Shown in pieces: positions 48,986-62,720 of a stretch of 64,000 bases of DNA. The notes under the pieces are model-generated. The model ran no database searches. It was given only the letters and a program-made list of their open reading frames with translations, and was not told the DNA's origin. Positions within the stretch are counted from its first letter, which is position 1; the number at the start of each line of letters is the position of its first letter. The DNA is from Marsupella aquatica (Eukaryota; Plantae; Marchantiophyta), in contig OZ316895.1 of the NCBI GenBank assembly GCA_973895155.1, positions 11,887,919-11,951,918 on the forward strand. The letters are read 5' to 3'. The position numbers and the translations under genes are program-made.

Positions 48986-51900
48986 CTAGATATTGAGGCC
49001 GAGGCTGCTGTATGTGGGGAAAGAGTTCAAGGCCTTCACATAATGAAACTCAATCTGCAATTTCCGATAGATTGACATCTGACAACTCTTTCCGCCTGTA
49101 CATTTCTTCGCTTCGAGCTCCACCTCACGAAGTTGTATTGCGGCAAAAAATCCCTTGACGAATTGCCGACAGGCACCCTTTCCTCCGTATACAATTTCTC
49201 CATTGGAAACCTCAGCACCGTTCGTTTCACAAACAATTTCACCGGCTCCTGTTTCTACTTCCGCTTTGTCACCCTTCTCGCTGGAGACGGCAATCTCTGT
49301 AACTGCTGTTGGTGCCGCCGTCTGAACTTTCGAGTCCTTCGAGTCTTTCGACTCTTTCAAGTCTTTCGAGTCTTTCGAGTCCTTTGGTTTGACAGGAACG
49401 CTAGACAAAGTAGTAGTCTCATCGAAATGCAGTATGTATGCCTGACTACAGCCCTCGTATAGCCGCTCCCCTAACGTGTCGATGATGTAGCAGCAATCTT
49501 CTTCCAATCTCAGAACAAAGAAGTGGTCGTTCCAGCTGACGATGTACATCGCTGGCCCACATCTTTCTATCGCATCCCAAATTTCATCAAAAGTCATGGC
49601 CTCCTTCAGGAAGTCAAATTCTCCCAAATCCCCCACTCTCTCAGGCTGAAAGAACCCTACAAAAGACCTGTCCGATACAGCTTTCAGTGGTCGCACTTCT
49701 GCCTTCAGAACAGTGTCCAGATCAAAATGCCGGTCAGGGAACCGTTCCTTAAATTCCTCCACCTCACAAAGCTTCCTCCATTCGGTAGACCCATCGCGGA
49801 TCAGAATGTCAAACTCAGCCTTGCTCGGCATGAGGCCGGGGTGGGTATTCAGCCAGTCGGCAATGACTGCGACAAGGGCAGTGCAAGCACTCTCGCCCGC
49901 TGCACTCTCGCTACGTTGGTCAAAGGAAGCGAAGAAGACATTCGCTGACAGTTTGAACTTCCCGTCTCTGCTGATAAATTCTTTGATTTCCCAGCTTCCC
50001 ACGGTGAAAAGCTCGTCACCAAAATCCAAAACTTCGGTCGCATTTGAGGACGTTGCAGAGAGACCCTCTCCACTGTGGTATGACTGCAGACAACAATTAC
50101 AGAATCAGACACAAATGCCTTGCATATCTCCAACCACTGTAGTGCAAGTATTGAGATGCCCGAAATGTCCCTGTCTGACCACATCCCAATCCGACAAATG
50201 CACAGAGAAAGAGCAACAACGTTTGCCCAACACGACAATCATCTCTACATGACACTGTTGATATCGTAATGCACACCGCAGAGGCAAGGATAGCGGAAAC
50301 GACGGAGAGCGAATTCCCAGTTCAGCCCACAAAATCACTAACTTCAGCATCACATCTAGCCTGACGTTATAATATGCATATTCGGCAAGGCCTGGATAGG
50401 GAGATCGCCAACATTCATGCACAAACAGCCTTTGTATCTCGCATACTTACGAGTAAGAGGCGTTTCTCATCCGAGCAGACAGCATCCGACTGTCGTCGAT
50501 CCCAATCAATCTCATCACCACCTTCTTCACCGTAAGATTTGTTCAAGAGTGGCTCCCCTCTCGATCGAGGCGAAGACCCGAAAGGAATTTTCCTCTTCTT
50601 CCCCCACATCCACTTGTTGCGGAAAGACAACGGGCTCTGACGCGAGGACTCGATCTCCGGGGCAGTCGGCTCTTCAGAAACTGCAGTCTTCGGATAGGCT
50701 GCGGACGTGGCCCTACTGTGGACTGTCATCACCTGACTGTCCTCGGGAACGACATTTGAGTCCCTGTGGAAAGGAATTACTTCCTCGGCTACAAGATTTG
50801 CACCCGCGAGGGTTCCATAACTAATCGTTTTCTCGAGCAGGACCTCATGTCCGTCGTCAATGTAGTCCTCGACGTCAGAATCTAAGAGTGAGTCGGAATC
50901 GAAAGGATTGTCCGAACCACGTGAACTCCCTTCACTGTAAGGAGACTTCCCTCCACTGCGAGACGGGGACACCGTGCAGTCCAACTCGAGGGAAACCTTC
51001 TTTTTAGATTTTAACGTCAATACTTTAAGAGGGCTGCCTTTCTTTCCCGATGCCGTGACGATTGACTTTTCATCGTCGCTCTCCCACATCGGCTCGCCTA
51101 TGCAGGCGATGGCTGGGGCCATCAGCCTGTGAACGCTCTCGAATCCCTCGAACGCTGTACGGAGTTCGATGAAGGCGATCGACATCTGCAGTCACGAGGA
51201 GAAGCACGCATTTAGCCCCGACTTCTCACGGCGCAATTGCAACTGTGAAGGGAATTGTGAAGAGGTTGCGACGCAAATGGAGAAAGCAGAGTGTGCTCTT
51301 TGAAGTCAAGGAGCAAAACTGAGAAAAAAAAAGGATGTAGAACCCAGGAGAGACCAAATACAGCAGCACGCAGACGCTTACCTTCCCCTACATAGATATA
51401 CCTAGAGGATTACTTCATCCACTAACGGACAAAGACTAATAGAGAGAAGTACCGGCGGAGCCGTAGCACTTGTGTGACATTTGGCCTTCTAAAAGAAAGC
51501 AAAGTGAAGGCGAAGTTCTGTGACAGGGAACTTACCAACAGAGTTGCGTCCATGTTCGATCCGCCAAAGTTGCAAGTAATAGGAAAGCTTCTCAAGTTCT
51601 CATCAGCTATGCCTTTGGCAGCATTGCCTGCAAATGAACCCAAGTCTACCGGAACTGTGCCGACGACGATAGGCTTCGCTCTGAGAGCACCAGACGTACG
51701 CTACATAACCAAACGAGCGCGATGGTCAATACACGGCTCAGAAGACAGAAACAACGTGCACACAATCGGAATCATTCGACCTTCAAGATAAAAACGCTGA
51801 GACGAAGCCCATATATACCTTGAAGACTGACACGGTGATGGGCCAAGTTTGGAAAGCTCCGTCTTTAGCCAAGCTGAAACCACACATGTTCTCGAAGTTA

Positions 51901-52142
51901 TGATCCCATTCTACAACTCCGTCACTCCCCAAAGCCACTGACCGGCTGTGAGGTCTCTTCATGACGAAGCGGGATCCGAGCGAGCCCCATGGACCTTTCC
52001 ACTTGACGTTCGCGAAGAGCCTGATATTTTCCTCGCCGACTTCTTCCACCGAAAGACCCTCCAGGCTATGAAGCATGATGTTCACTTGGTATTTCTTGGT
52101 TCCTGTCGGTCGTATAGGCCACCTCATCACATTGAGGCCCAT
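48986..52142 (-). CDS. Plant NT-type C2-domain (EEIG1/EHBP1-like N-terminus) protein with a conserved plant C-terminal domain, ~773 aa, 4 exons
   Basis: Exons 52142-51819, 51700-51536, 51185-50451 and 50083-48986, all with phase-0 GT-AG introns. Motifs VKWKGP, GVVEW, GEPLLxKSYGEEGGDEIDWDRRQ, DQRSESAAGESACTALVAVIADW, YIVSWNDHFFVL and IDTLGERLYEGC are typical of this uncharacterised land-plant family. Confidence 0.9.
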
Positions 52143-54612
52143 GGTCGGAACACTCTCGATGATCAATGTGACTCCACTGTCAACAACGCACCCTCGATAA
52201 TTTGCACCCTTCCAACAACGCAATGTAAGGCAATGATCGCAGCTCCTATCTGGTCGGTCTCTCGTCCTCCAATCTGCGACTCGGTCCAGCCCGCCTACTT
52301 CTTAAAAGCATCCGAACAACTGAAAGTTACTGTCACTAAATTGCTCACCCCTCTTCACATGATAATGAATCACAGCTCTGGTGATTCTTGTTTCTTCTCT
52401 CCCTCAATCTTCCTGTCCCCCTGTCTCCTCACGCAGCTTCCATTCGAACCTCCCCTATTTTCAGTCGTGTTCTCCAGAAAAACAAACTTCCTGTCCTAAA
52501 CTCGTTCGCTCACACACGACCTGTAGGCAAAATCATCCTGCTTACTCGGTTGCAAGAATAAAATTCCGCTTCTTGCGTTCCCACGAGCCTCTACCTTGAA
52601 AAGCTCTCTAATCCTCCTCTTCTCCCTCCGTCACGATTCCATCGTTCATTTCCCTCCTATTGTCACACGCTCGCTGCTGTTGTTGTATCTTCATCAATCA
52701 TATTCCGTACGGGAGATAAAATTACCCAGAGTGTATCTCCCACGGCTTCTTCACACTCGTCACTTCCCTTACTTCCTTGTTTCGCTCCTTCGCTCTCGCA
52801 CGTGGAGCTCACCAACGACCCTGTCTCCGTCTCTCGAAAGAGTTCCACCACCTCTACTTCTCTCTCCTCCTCACGAGTCTCACCTCTGCCTGCCGCTCTC
52901 ACACCGTTCTGTCGATCGTCTAGTTGGTGGCGTACCCCACCACAACTGTTGCATCAGTCCACAATACTCCCCGCAGGAAAACTTCGGCAACAAATGTAAG
53001 CTCGGGTCTGCTTCCTCCGTCTTGTCTCTTTCTCTGACCACTTCGCTCTTGCCTATGCCCTCTCTTTCTCCCTCCTCTCTCGTCGAAGCAACGGCTACGT
53101 CTCCTACCTCTCGTCTCTTTCGCACTACCCGACCTCTCCTCTCCTAATACACTACTCTCTTTCGACCCACTCGCCTATCTCTCCGCGAGCGGCACTCGAG
53201 TAAGGTATGTCTGCTGCTGCTGCTGCGTCTCTTCGAGTACGGCATATGTTTTGTCGAACTGCGGTTGTTGTTGTTGTGGAGAAAACCTTTTCCTCGTCAC
53301 TCCACATTACAGTTCTGCCTCGCTCCTCTCGCAGCACACGCGATGCTCCGGTTCGTTCTTTGTTCGCATTTCCGCGTCTCGCTAGCACCGCTCGTCCCAA
53401 CCCCACGCCTCCGCTTCCCACGTTTGTCCGCCCCACCAATTGCCTCTCTCGACCTTGTCTGCACCGCGTTAATTAGGACTCTATAGTAGTCTATACCCAT
53501 GCCCCGCCTTCCCCCTACAATCACCGGATACCCTCTTTCGCTCTTCTTTTCTGGCCTCTCCCTCTATGCCAGGATGAAGCTATGCGGATCTCCCGGGAAG
53601 TCTCGCTCGATCCCTACCACTGTCCTACCCTTCACTACTTGTTCGTTGCGGGTGGGCTCCGCCGCTTCCCCTAAAAAGCCGTGGGCTCACTCGCTCGCCC
53701 CTCTCTCTCTCTCTCGCTCTCTCCGTCGCTGCACACCTTTTCAACGCGGATTTCTCATTCCATCTACAGTGCAGCTACCACACCTCTGTCCCTTCCCCTT
53801 TCCGTCTCCGGCTCTCTCTCTCTACTTGCCTACCCGTTGTCTTTGCGCTGGCTCGCTCGTCACTCTCTCAACACACCACTCCGTCCATGTCAAGTCATGT
53901 CAACACAACACGCACCTTCGATCAAACCCTCGAGACAAAATTCGCATCACCAAACCTTCTTTCCTCGTTTCGGTCCTACTCTTCTCCGGCTTTCTTCTCC
54001 CACCTCCTCACTCGCATTCAACTCCTTCCTCGAGACGACGATCGGACAACCGACACAGCGCTCCTCGTCGCATTCCGTGATTCCACCAAAGCACATTACC
54101 AACTCACTTCATTCCGTTCCGCTCCGCTCCGCTCCATTCCGTGTAGTCCAGTCTAGTCTAGTCGAGACGAGACGAGTGGAGTGGAGTCTAGGGTAGACGA
54201 CGATGATTGATGGATGAGCCGGTGTGAGAAACGAAGCAACGAAGAAACACATAGAAAACAACAAGGAACACCGCACAAAGCACAAAGCACAAAGCAACAA
54301 CGATATACTGTAAGAGGAGGGAAATTGTTATGCTCGCGACCTACGCAGCGGAAATTATTACTTTACTAGTTGAGCGCGTGCTCGTCTACCCGGAACAATT
54401 GGACAAAGGTCACCCCGTGAGTTTCGAGCCTTTGACTTGTCGCGCGTCCCGAGGCTAAATATAATAATAACAGGAAGCATATGGCAGGCAGAATGCTAAT
54501 AAGTAGGTGTAACTCATGGAAGAAAGACATCTCAAGAAACAAAGAATGGTAGATGCATCATATCATATATCTTTTCAATTATATTTCATTCTATGTTTAT
54601 TTATATCTTTTA

Positions 54613-55090
54613 CTAGCCTTATGCTAATGCGTTGCATAGAAGATGTTGAGGTGATAAAAAGATTTTAATGAGAAAGATATCAAGGTGAAAAAAGATATCA
54701 TGACAGAAATACATGTTGAGACAAGCAAAAGATGTAAAGATGAAAAAAAATGTGGAAGAGGTAAAAAAATATCCAGGTGAGAGAAAAATGTTGTGATGAG
54801 ATACACATGTCAAGGTGAAACAAAGGTAAAAAGATTGAGATGAGAAAATATGGTAAGATGAGAAAGAAATATAAATATGTATAGGAGAGAAAAATGGTTG
54901 TGTTGAAATAAAGATATCAATGTGAGAAAAAAATGACTAGATGAAAAAAAGATGTCAAGGTAAAATAAACAAAGCATAGTTATTGTGATGGTGTTCAATA
55001 ACCCGTGCTTATAAATTGGAAACGTGAAATTAGGATCACTGTATCATAGAGTCCAAGCACAACCAAGTGATAAGAAAATATCAAAAATAA
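54613..55090 (-). mobile_element. Non-autonomous Helitron-like repeat, copy C
   Basis: The minus strand ends TGCAACGCATTAGCATAAGG-CTAG|T. The internal AAAGATGTCAAGGTGA array and its flank align in inverted orientation with copy D. Confidence 0.5.
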
Positions 55091-58000
55091 TTTTTTAATG
55101 AAGGGTTACAATTGGTTGACACTTTCTATTGAGTTGGTAAAGAGAAGTCTCTTTGACTCTAGAGCATTGATAGAGGCCCCACATTTCCTTTGTCCTGTTG
55201 GATCTCTTCTTGCTTGGTCACTGTGCACTATATTTTCATTCAAACTAAATTAAATAAAAATTATTATTACTTCTCTTTTGTTAGATTCTTTTATGTTTCT
55301 CATTTGGAGTGCACTTCAAATTTGAATGACAACCACTCTATAAAAACGCACAACCTTGCATTATAGCTTCTGATATATACCTATCAATCTACTAGCTGAG
55401 CACGGATACATAGCACACAAGTTGCAAAAGCAAAAGTTGTTACACCAAAAATGTAATTGTGAAAATGATGTCAAGTATGCACACACACAAAATTATGCTA
55501 AGATGATATTAACAAATTAATGACATTGTGCAAAAGATTGCTAGTCTATAAGCAAAACATTTGTATTCAAAAAACAGCTTCTCCTCTATTTCCCTAAAGG
55601 AGGAAACCCCACCATACAATAGGCAAAAGAACACAAGTATAGCCTTTTAAAAACAAATCAATGACAGATCCCCAAAAATTGTGTCCCCCCCTCCCTAAAA
55701 AAACTGGAGATAATAACTACCTGTGGTTATCCATATTTTTCTCCCCATATATAGCAGTCATGCCCATAGATTGAGAGTACATTGTGCCTATAATTATAGC
55801 TTGCATTTCTTGTGCCACTTTGTTGGATGTGTTCACTACACTATATCACTCTATTAGACCTTTTCATGTACATTGTACTCCATTTATTTTAGGCATGAAT
55901 TACTATAGGCCATAGCCTTCCCAATTTTACATAATCTCATTGCCCAACAAACTGAGATTAAGGCAAAACAAGGCAAGACAGTTAGGAAATAAGACAAGTC
56001 AAGAATATTGCCTGCATCATTTTTTTAATTTTAAAAACAAAGTCTACGCTGAAAATCAGTACTTATACAGGATGCCTTGAAATATTCTTAAAATTTATTT
56101 ACATGGCAAAATTCTAGGGTTTTACAAGTACCTCAAACATATTTTGTTAGTTCAGCCCAAAACTTTGTATTAGTTATTGAAAGATTTGAGAGGATCCTAT
56201 GTATATGCAAAATCATTGCATAAATTAGCTTACCACTGGCCCCTACTGAAGTTGTTAGAGCATAAGTTCCTAATGCCAAATTTGGCCCCAATGGATCCAC
56301 CTCTAAAATATGTTTGAGCATGGATCCTTTTCCTTTCACTTGCATTTTGCCATCTATCTATCAAAGTCATAAGCAAAGTTCCTATTTGTTGCTAAACGTC
56401 ATATTTGAAGCTCCAATGTAATAATAGTATTAACTAGAGGGCAGAGAATATGCTACGTAGGTGGAAGTCATGATAGGAAGCATGTCCAAAACAACAGAAA
56501 GGCATACGCATCATTTTTTATTTTGGTTTTTGGTTTTTTTGGAGAAGCGATGACACGCAAAGTTGATTAAGAGCCACCGCAGCAAAAACCAGTGGGAAAA
56601 GAAAACGACAAGCCCAAAGGGCAAGAGCACACGACAGCAATCATAGGGACCAGAGCGCAGGTCACACAAGGCAGCAACGAGGCAACATTAAAAGCCCTGG
56701 CTTCAAAACACTGACTAAATGACCTTGGTATGTGAATGAAACGAGATCAACCATCTGGTCACAGAAAGGCCGTGAGTCGAGTACCTAATTTGTTTGATGA
56801 GAGTTATACTTTTGTCTCTTTGGATCTAGGGATATCTAGCATAGTCCTAAATTGCCCATGATCAAGAGTATGGTCTGGAGGACAATGTTTTTCAGAGCTA
56901 AATTGACATTCTCCTTTGTTGTGGTGCTTGCCATAATGATGCATACGCCTTTCTATAACCACTCCTCCATACTCCATCCTTGTGCCCAAAGAGGCATGGC
57001 TGTGTGATAGCTCACTTGAGTAATGACTCATAGGTCTTGGGTTCAAAAGTTGTGATTGGCTGATCCCTTTTTGTGGGGTTTCACAGATTTTTCCTTAATT
57101 AAAAATAAATAAATAAATTTTAAAATACTCCAACCTTATCTGTAATTCTCATGCCAATAAGAGAATACCTTCTAATTCTCATTCTAGACTCATACATCAG
57201 GAATCCTTACAAGAAAAGTATGAGTTCTCGATGTAGATGTGTCAGTCGTGTTGAAGTGATCAGTGAGAGTTCTACCTAAGCACCGGGTTTTTTTTTTGGC
57301 ACATCATATTTTTTCGGTCATCATATTGTATCATTATATAATTGTTTCACCTACAGTCTATTTTGTATTCATCTATATCTTCTATTCTATATTTATGTAT
57401 CTACTAGTAATGCGGTCAGCAAGATTGACCAGATTTTGATTTCCATTGCCGGACACATGTGTTTTCTGAACATGTTTTGTCCCATTATTGTAGAACTATA
57501 TGTATTTGTTAGAAGGAAACTAATTGTCTTAACCCACTTTAATGGCTTAGAACTGAGAAATTAAGTGGGGTAATAAATTATGAGGTATATAATACCGAGC
57601 AACATCATACCTAAAGAACAAAGTAGATATTATTGCGGACAACAATACACAAGCCCTTAAACAAGATCTTGACCGGAGACGGAATTTGGACCAAATTCCA
57701 CTTGCCCGTTGGACACACCGACCGATCAATAGAGAAAATCTTGTTGTTGTTGGGTGTGTTAACGCTATTCACATCTTGGAATAGTTCTTTTGTCTTGTGT
57801 ATTATATTAAGAGATTTTTTTCAACATTAGTGAATGTTAACGGTGAAGGACGAACATACTAAGAAGATTTTCTATCTCGATTTGTCGAGAAAGTTGGACC
57901 AGCCAGGATTTTAGGGTATCCAACCTATAATAACTGACTAATGGTAAATTACATTGTTTGTGTAATTGTAAATGTCATAACTATTTAACTGTGATCTCCT

Positions 58001-60824
58001 GAATAGAAATTCAAAGCCCCCATGGACCACATTTCCCAAAATTTGAATTTAATTGTAATAACTTGATATTCATAAACCCAAATATTTTTTAGTTTTGGGG
58101 ATATGCTAGAGGAGTAGATAAGCTGCAATTCCATTAAAGTGAGCAAAATTTTGGCAGTTTTGGTGGAGTTTTTCATCATCAAGTGCAAAGAGGTAAATTC
58201 ATTTAGATTAATTTCATTGTCTCAATATAAAATATATGGACTTGTGTCTTTTTAAATATTCTCCTTCTCTAGTTGCAGTATAAGTTCAAAACTAATATTA
58301 TGTTTGGGCTCGTATCATCAAGTCATGGGCCCATATTTCCATGGACCACCACCATGTGGTCCACTGTAGCACAATCCTTCAGTCTTTCTAAGCAGTCTTG
58401 CACACTAATAAGTACATGATTACATATCACCAATATAAAACAGTGATTTGTTGTTAATCTCCTTTAAAATTATTGAAATGTTTTACTAAACAAATCCATG
58501 TATGATTCTGATAATATAACTTGGTTTTTATACTATATAACTTGGTTTTCATTACATATTTATAAAATTTTGAATTTTCATATATGTATTTTAGCATAGA
58601 GATTCAAAAATGTATTATGTAGAATGAATTGAAAACCAGATTATCAATACAATTGAAAATAAACAGGATTTCTTAATCAAACATTTTATTAATCAACATG
58701 AGATTAATATTAAATAATTTTTAGAGTACTTTTAAAGATTTGTAGTTGCAGCCATATTATAGTGTGTGAGGGGTATTTAGGCACAGAGACTAACTAAATT
58801 ATGATACTAATTATGGTAAAGGGTGTAGTGAAGAGAGTTTTCCCCCTCCAATTCCCAACGAATTAAAAACTGTGGTGTGATTTAGGGGAGATTGACAAGA
58901 ACTCTGCTGGTATCTTTTTTTTTCTATCTCAAATCCATGCTTACTTAGTCATTCAAATGCAGAAAGAAGCCATGAATTTGCAAAAGTTTCCTTCACATAA
59001 AGTTTAGGGCACAATTTGAGAATACCAATAAAAAACCACTAGCTATCATATTCACCTGCTACTTTTTGACTGATGTGACCAAGATCTTCCATCAAAAACT
59101 TGCTCTGCCTCTTTGGCCTTCTATTGAGTATCTTGCATTTGGGGGTAATGAACCTATGGTTGGTCATTCTCTCCTAAATTTGGACTTTCTTTGGTCTTGT
59201 AAGGGAGGGCTTTACAAGAACTGGGGATACAAAATCACTAATCAATCATTGCAAATATGAGGTTCATAGCATACACTAGATTTAAATTGCCTGAGCAACA
59301 ATATATCAAGTATGGGGAAAATGATTGCTGGATATGTACATGACTGCTTTTTTTGTAAGTCTCTTCTATCAATGAAGAAATGCACTTGAATTAAAACAAA
59401 AGAAAGACATAATTTGAACTTGACAATGAAACCTTCATAAATTCTAGGTTTAACAGGTTTCTCCAGAACTGTGACGCTGTGCATGGGGCAAGATGAAACA
59501 TTATTTTAGAGGTTTACATAAAATATTTTGTTCGAGGATAGGCTGGCCAGTCAAAGGAACTAAAAAAGTCTTTACATTGAATGGATGCTCAAATGGACCA
59601 CAATGTTTGATGCACAGACTGAGAGGGAACAGGCAATTTTTAACACACAAACATTCATTGGGCATTAAGGCAAAGAAAATATTTTGGAGTAAAGATGTGA
59701 CATTTTAGGACTCAGCAAACCAGAATATTGTTGTGTTTACTAAAACAAATACCTAAGGAGAAAAGGTTTTATCAACAAATAATTTTGTAAAGAAGACAAA
59801 CAAAGAATACAGAATTAGAAGCCTTGATACATCTTACATGCCCATACACATCGCTACACAACATACATTGCATGTCACACACATTTAAACATAAACACAA
59901 ACAAACATAAGAGAATGAGATACAAGTAAAAGGCATGTGCACACATGTCAAAAACCCACAATCTCCCCCTAGTTTGGAGTAAGGTCCCCTAACTGTAGCT
60001 AGTCATGAGTTCCACAAGGTTGATATACACCTTTTTAAAAGTCTTCATATGTGTGCTATCTGAATATTCTAGGGCTTTGATACATTTGGAGGGATAGACT
60101 GTCTAGGTTATTGCTTTGTAATGGCTTGAGGGCCTCAAATTTTAATGTTGAGCCGTCAAGCATGAGCTCTTACAACTTTGGAGTGGTCGGCCAGGTTGCG
60201 TGAATATGAACATGGATTCCTTCAGTGCAAGATGCATTGGGCTTGACATAATTATGTGTGCGATTGGATCAGGCATGGATCAATTGTGTAAGCCCTAGAA
60301 ACTGCAAAACAAGCAATTGTGGATTTGAAAACATAGAGCATCTATTCTACAGCTGAAATGAAGTTAATTTGAGGTAGCAGGCGATTAAGGTGCTCCTCAG
60401 ATGAAACCACTACACTTATTTACCTCAGTCACTAAATATGTCATATTTTGATGTGCACTTATTGGGACCCCGGCCAGTTCCGCCTTAAATTATATTACAT
60501 GTCTTCTACTATAATATCCCATCCCGTTCATTTTAGTCCTTTGTCCCATTACAAAATCACACTTGGCAGGATTGATCTGTGGCCGTTTGATCATGTCATC
60601 ACTTTTTCCTGACCTTTGATCAGGAAAAGCCTGGATCACCTTGCTGTGTACTCATGTGTGCCCCAACGTGCCCTAGGTGGCAAAGACAAATCCTTACTCC
60701 CCCATTTGGCTTGCCCTGGCCCAGGCAAGTAAAGGCCACACCTGGCTTGCTTCATTCCTTTCTGCACACCTTTCTGCTTGGTACACTCAGTACTTTTGTC
60801 TCAATGGTGAGGGTACAACATCAC

Positions 60825-61635
60825 CGGATATTAAATTTACAATGAGTTAATGTTCCCCCACTTCCCTGGGGTTTTGTACACTGCCCATCCCAGTCCCCGA
60901 TATTGCTGCCGCTCTCACCCAAGTTTGCCAAAACATAAATCAAGACTCTTCTATTTTGTCACCCGTTCCGGCCCGATCAACTTTGTGTCATCGACTTTGG
61001 GTTTATGTTTTGGCACCTTTCATTTGTTGTCGCCTGCTCCGGCCCGATCGATTTTCTGTCATCAACTCCTTCCTTGTGGAATCTTGGTTTACGTTATGAC
61101 AACACTTCTTTCCAACGGAGTCAAGTTTGCTTTGTAATAGAGTCTAAATGTTGCAGAGTCAAGATTGATGGTCTTGGTTAATGTTTTGCCAATGCTTCTT
61201 CTCTATGGAGTCATGGTTATGTTTTGGCAACACTTCTTTCCAATGGATTCATGGTTGTTTAGTAATAGAGTCCAAGTGTTAAGGCAAAGCCTAGTACTTT
61301 GGATAAGAGTCAATAATGATTAATAATAGAGTCTTTGTTTATGTTCTAGCAAACTTGGGCGGGAGTGGGTCGGGGGAGTGGGTCGGGGGAGTGGGCAGCA
61401 GCATTGGGGACTTGGGCCGGAGTGGGTGAAAACAAGTGATGGGTGCCAGAACATAAACATAAACCTGAAGTCGATGGCACAAAGCTGACTGGGCCGGAGC
61501 GGATGTCAAAATGGTAGTCTTGGTTTATGTTTTGGCAAACTTTGGCCGTAATGGGCAGCACCATTGGGGACTAGGACGAGAAATGTACAGGGCCCCAAGA
61601 AAGTGGGGAACATTATGCGTTATAGATTTAACACG
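60825..61635. mobile_element. Foldback/MITE-like element with ~220-bp diverged inverted arms
   Basis: 60825-61050 is the imperfect reverse complement of ~61400-61635 (e.g. GTTTGCCAAAACATAAA.CAAGACT and ATGTTCCCCACTT). Internal TATGTTTTGGCAACACTTCTTTCC-type repeats. No TSD identified. Confidence 0.7.
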
Positions 61636-62149
61636 CGGTTACACCATCTCCTCGCACTCCCTACACACCATCTACACTCATTCATGACAATTTCAGGGGA
61701 CGTGGATGACTTCCTACCCATATTCCCTTTTGGATGCAAAACATTGATGAATGCAGGAATAAATTTAAAAACTATTCAGATTTAAAAACAATTCAAATAA
61801 AATTGTGAGAGTATATTCTATCCATTTCTTGCGTCCTCCAATTTTTTCTTTGGTACAAATATCAACAAAAATAGAATTGGCAACAAAGTGCAACTTGGTA
61901 GTAATAAAATGAAGTGAAAAAGTGAGATAAACCGAGAAAACTCATGAATATTCTCATATTCTCATAGTTTGGAGATGAGTGAGAACATGTGAAAATGTTT
62001 TTAATCTAGGGCCAGATGAAAAATTAGTTGTTACTTAACTAATTAAAATTTAATTATTAAAATTAAAATTTAAAGAATTTAATATTAGCTTTCAATTTAT
62101 GGAAAAACTTGAGCATAGATAATATAGATAATGTTTATTTCTCTACAAT

Positions 62150-62720
62150 TTAAAGAAATAATCATTTTTTATCACTTGGTTGTGTTTGGTTGCAGTGTGA
62201 CCGTTGTCTCACTTCCCCCATTATTATGTACAATGCACATGTTATTGAACACTATCATAACTATTTTATTTTGCCTTGACATTTTTTTCTTATTTTGCCA
62301 TTTTTTCTCACCACTATAGTTTTTTCTCAACTTGACATCTTACCCTTTTCTCACCTCGACATCTTTACCTCACCGATCACAACATCTTTTCGCTCCTCAA
62401 CATCTTTTTCCTCACGTTACATCTACTTTTCACCTCACCATTTTCTTTTTCTTGACATCTTTTTCTCACCTCAATTTCTTTTCCTGACCTTGACATCTCA
62501 CCTTCTTCTCATCTTGATGTCTTTATCTCACCACAACATAGTTTGCTTACCTTGGACATTTTTTCTCTCCTTGACATATTTTTTGCATTTTTACATTTTT
62601 TTCTCACCTTGTCATCTTTTTCTCACTTCAGTTTCTTTTCCTCACCTCAACATTTCTTTTTCTCACTGATATCTTTTTTTTGTCTCAATGTCTTTTGTGC
62701 TATTCACAGACATTGGCTAG
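62150..62720 (+). mobile_element. Non-autonomous Helitron-like repeat, copy D
   Basis: CACCTTGACATCTTTT array ending ...CATTGG-CTAG|T at 62717-62720. Confidence 0.5.

Noticed and set aside
52381-54300. Several 70-190-aa S/L/P-rich ORFs upstream of the NT-C2 gene
   Set aside because: CT-rich leader/promoter-type sequence with low stop density and no recognisable domain.
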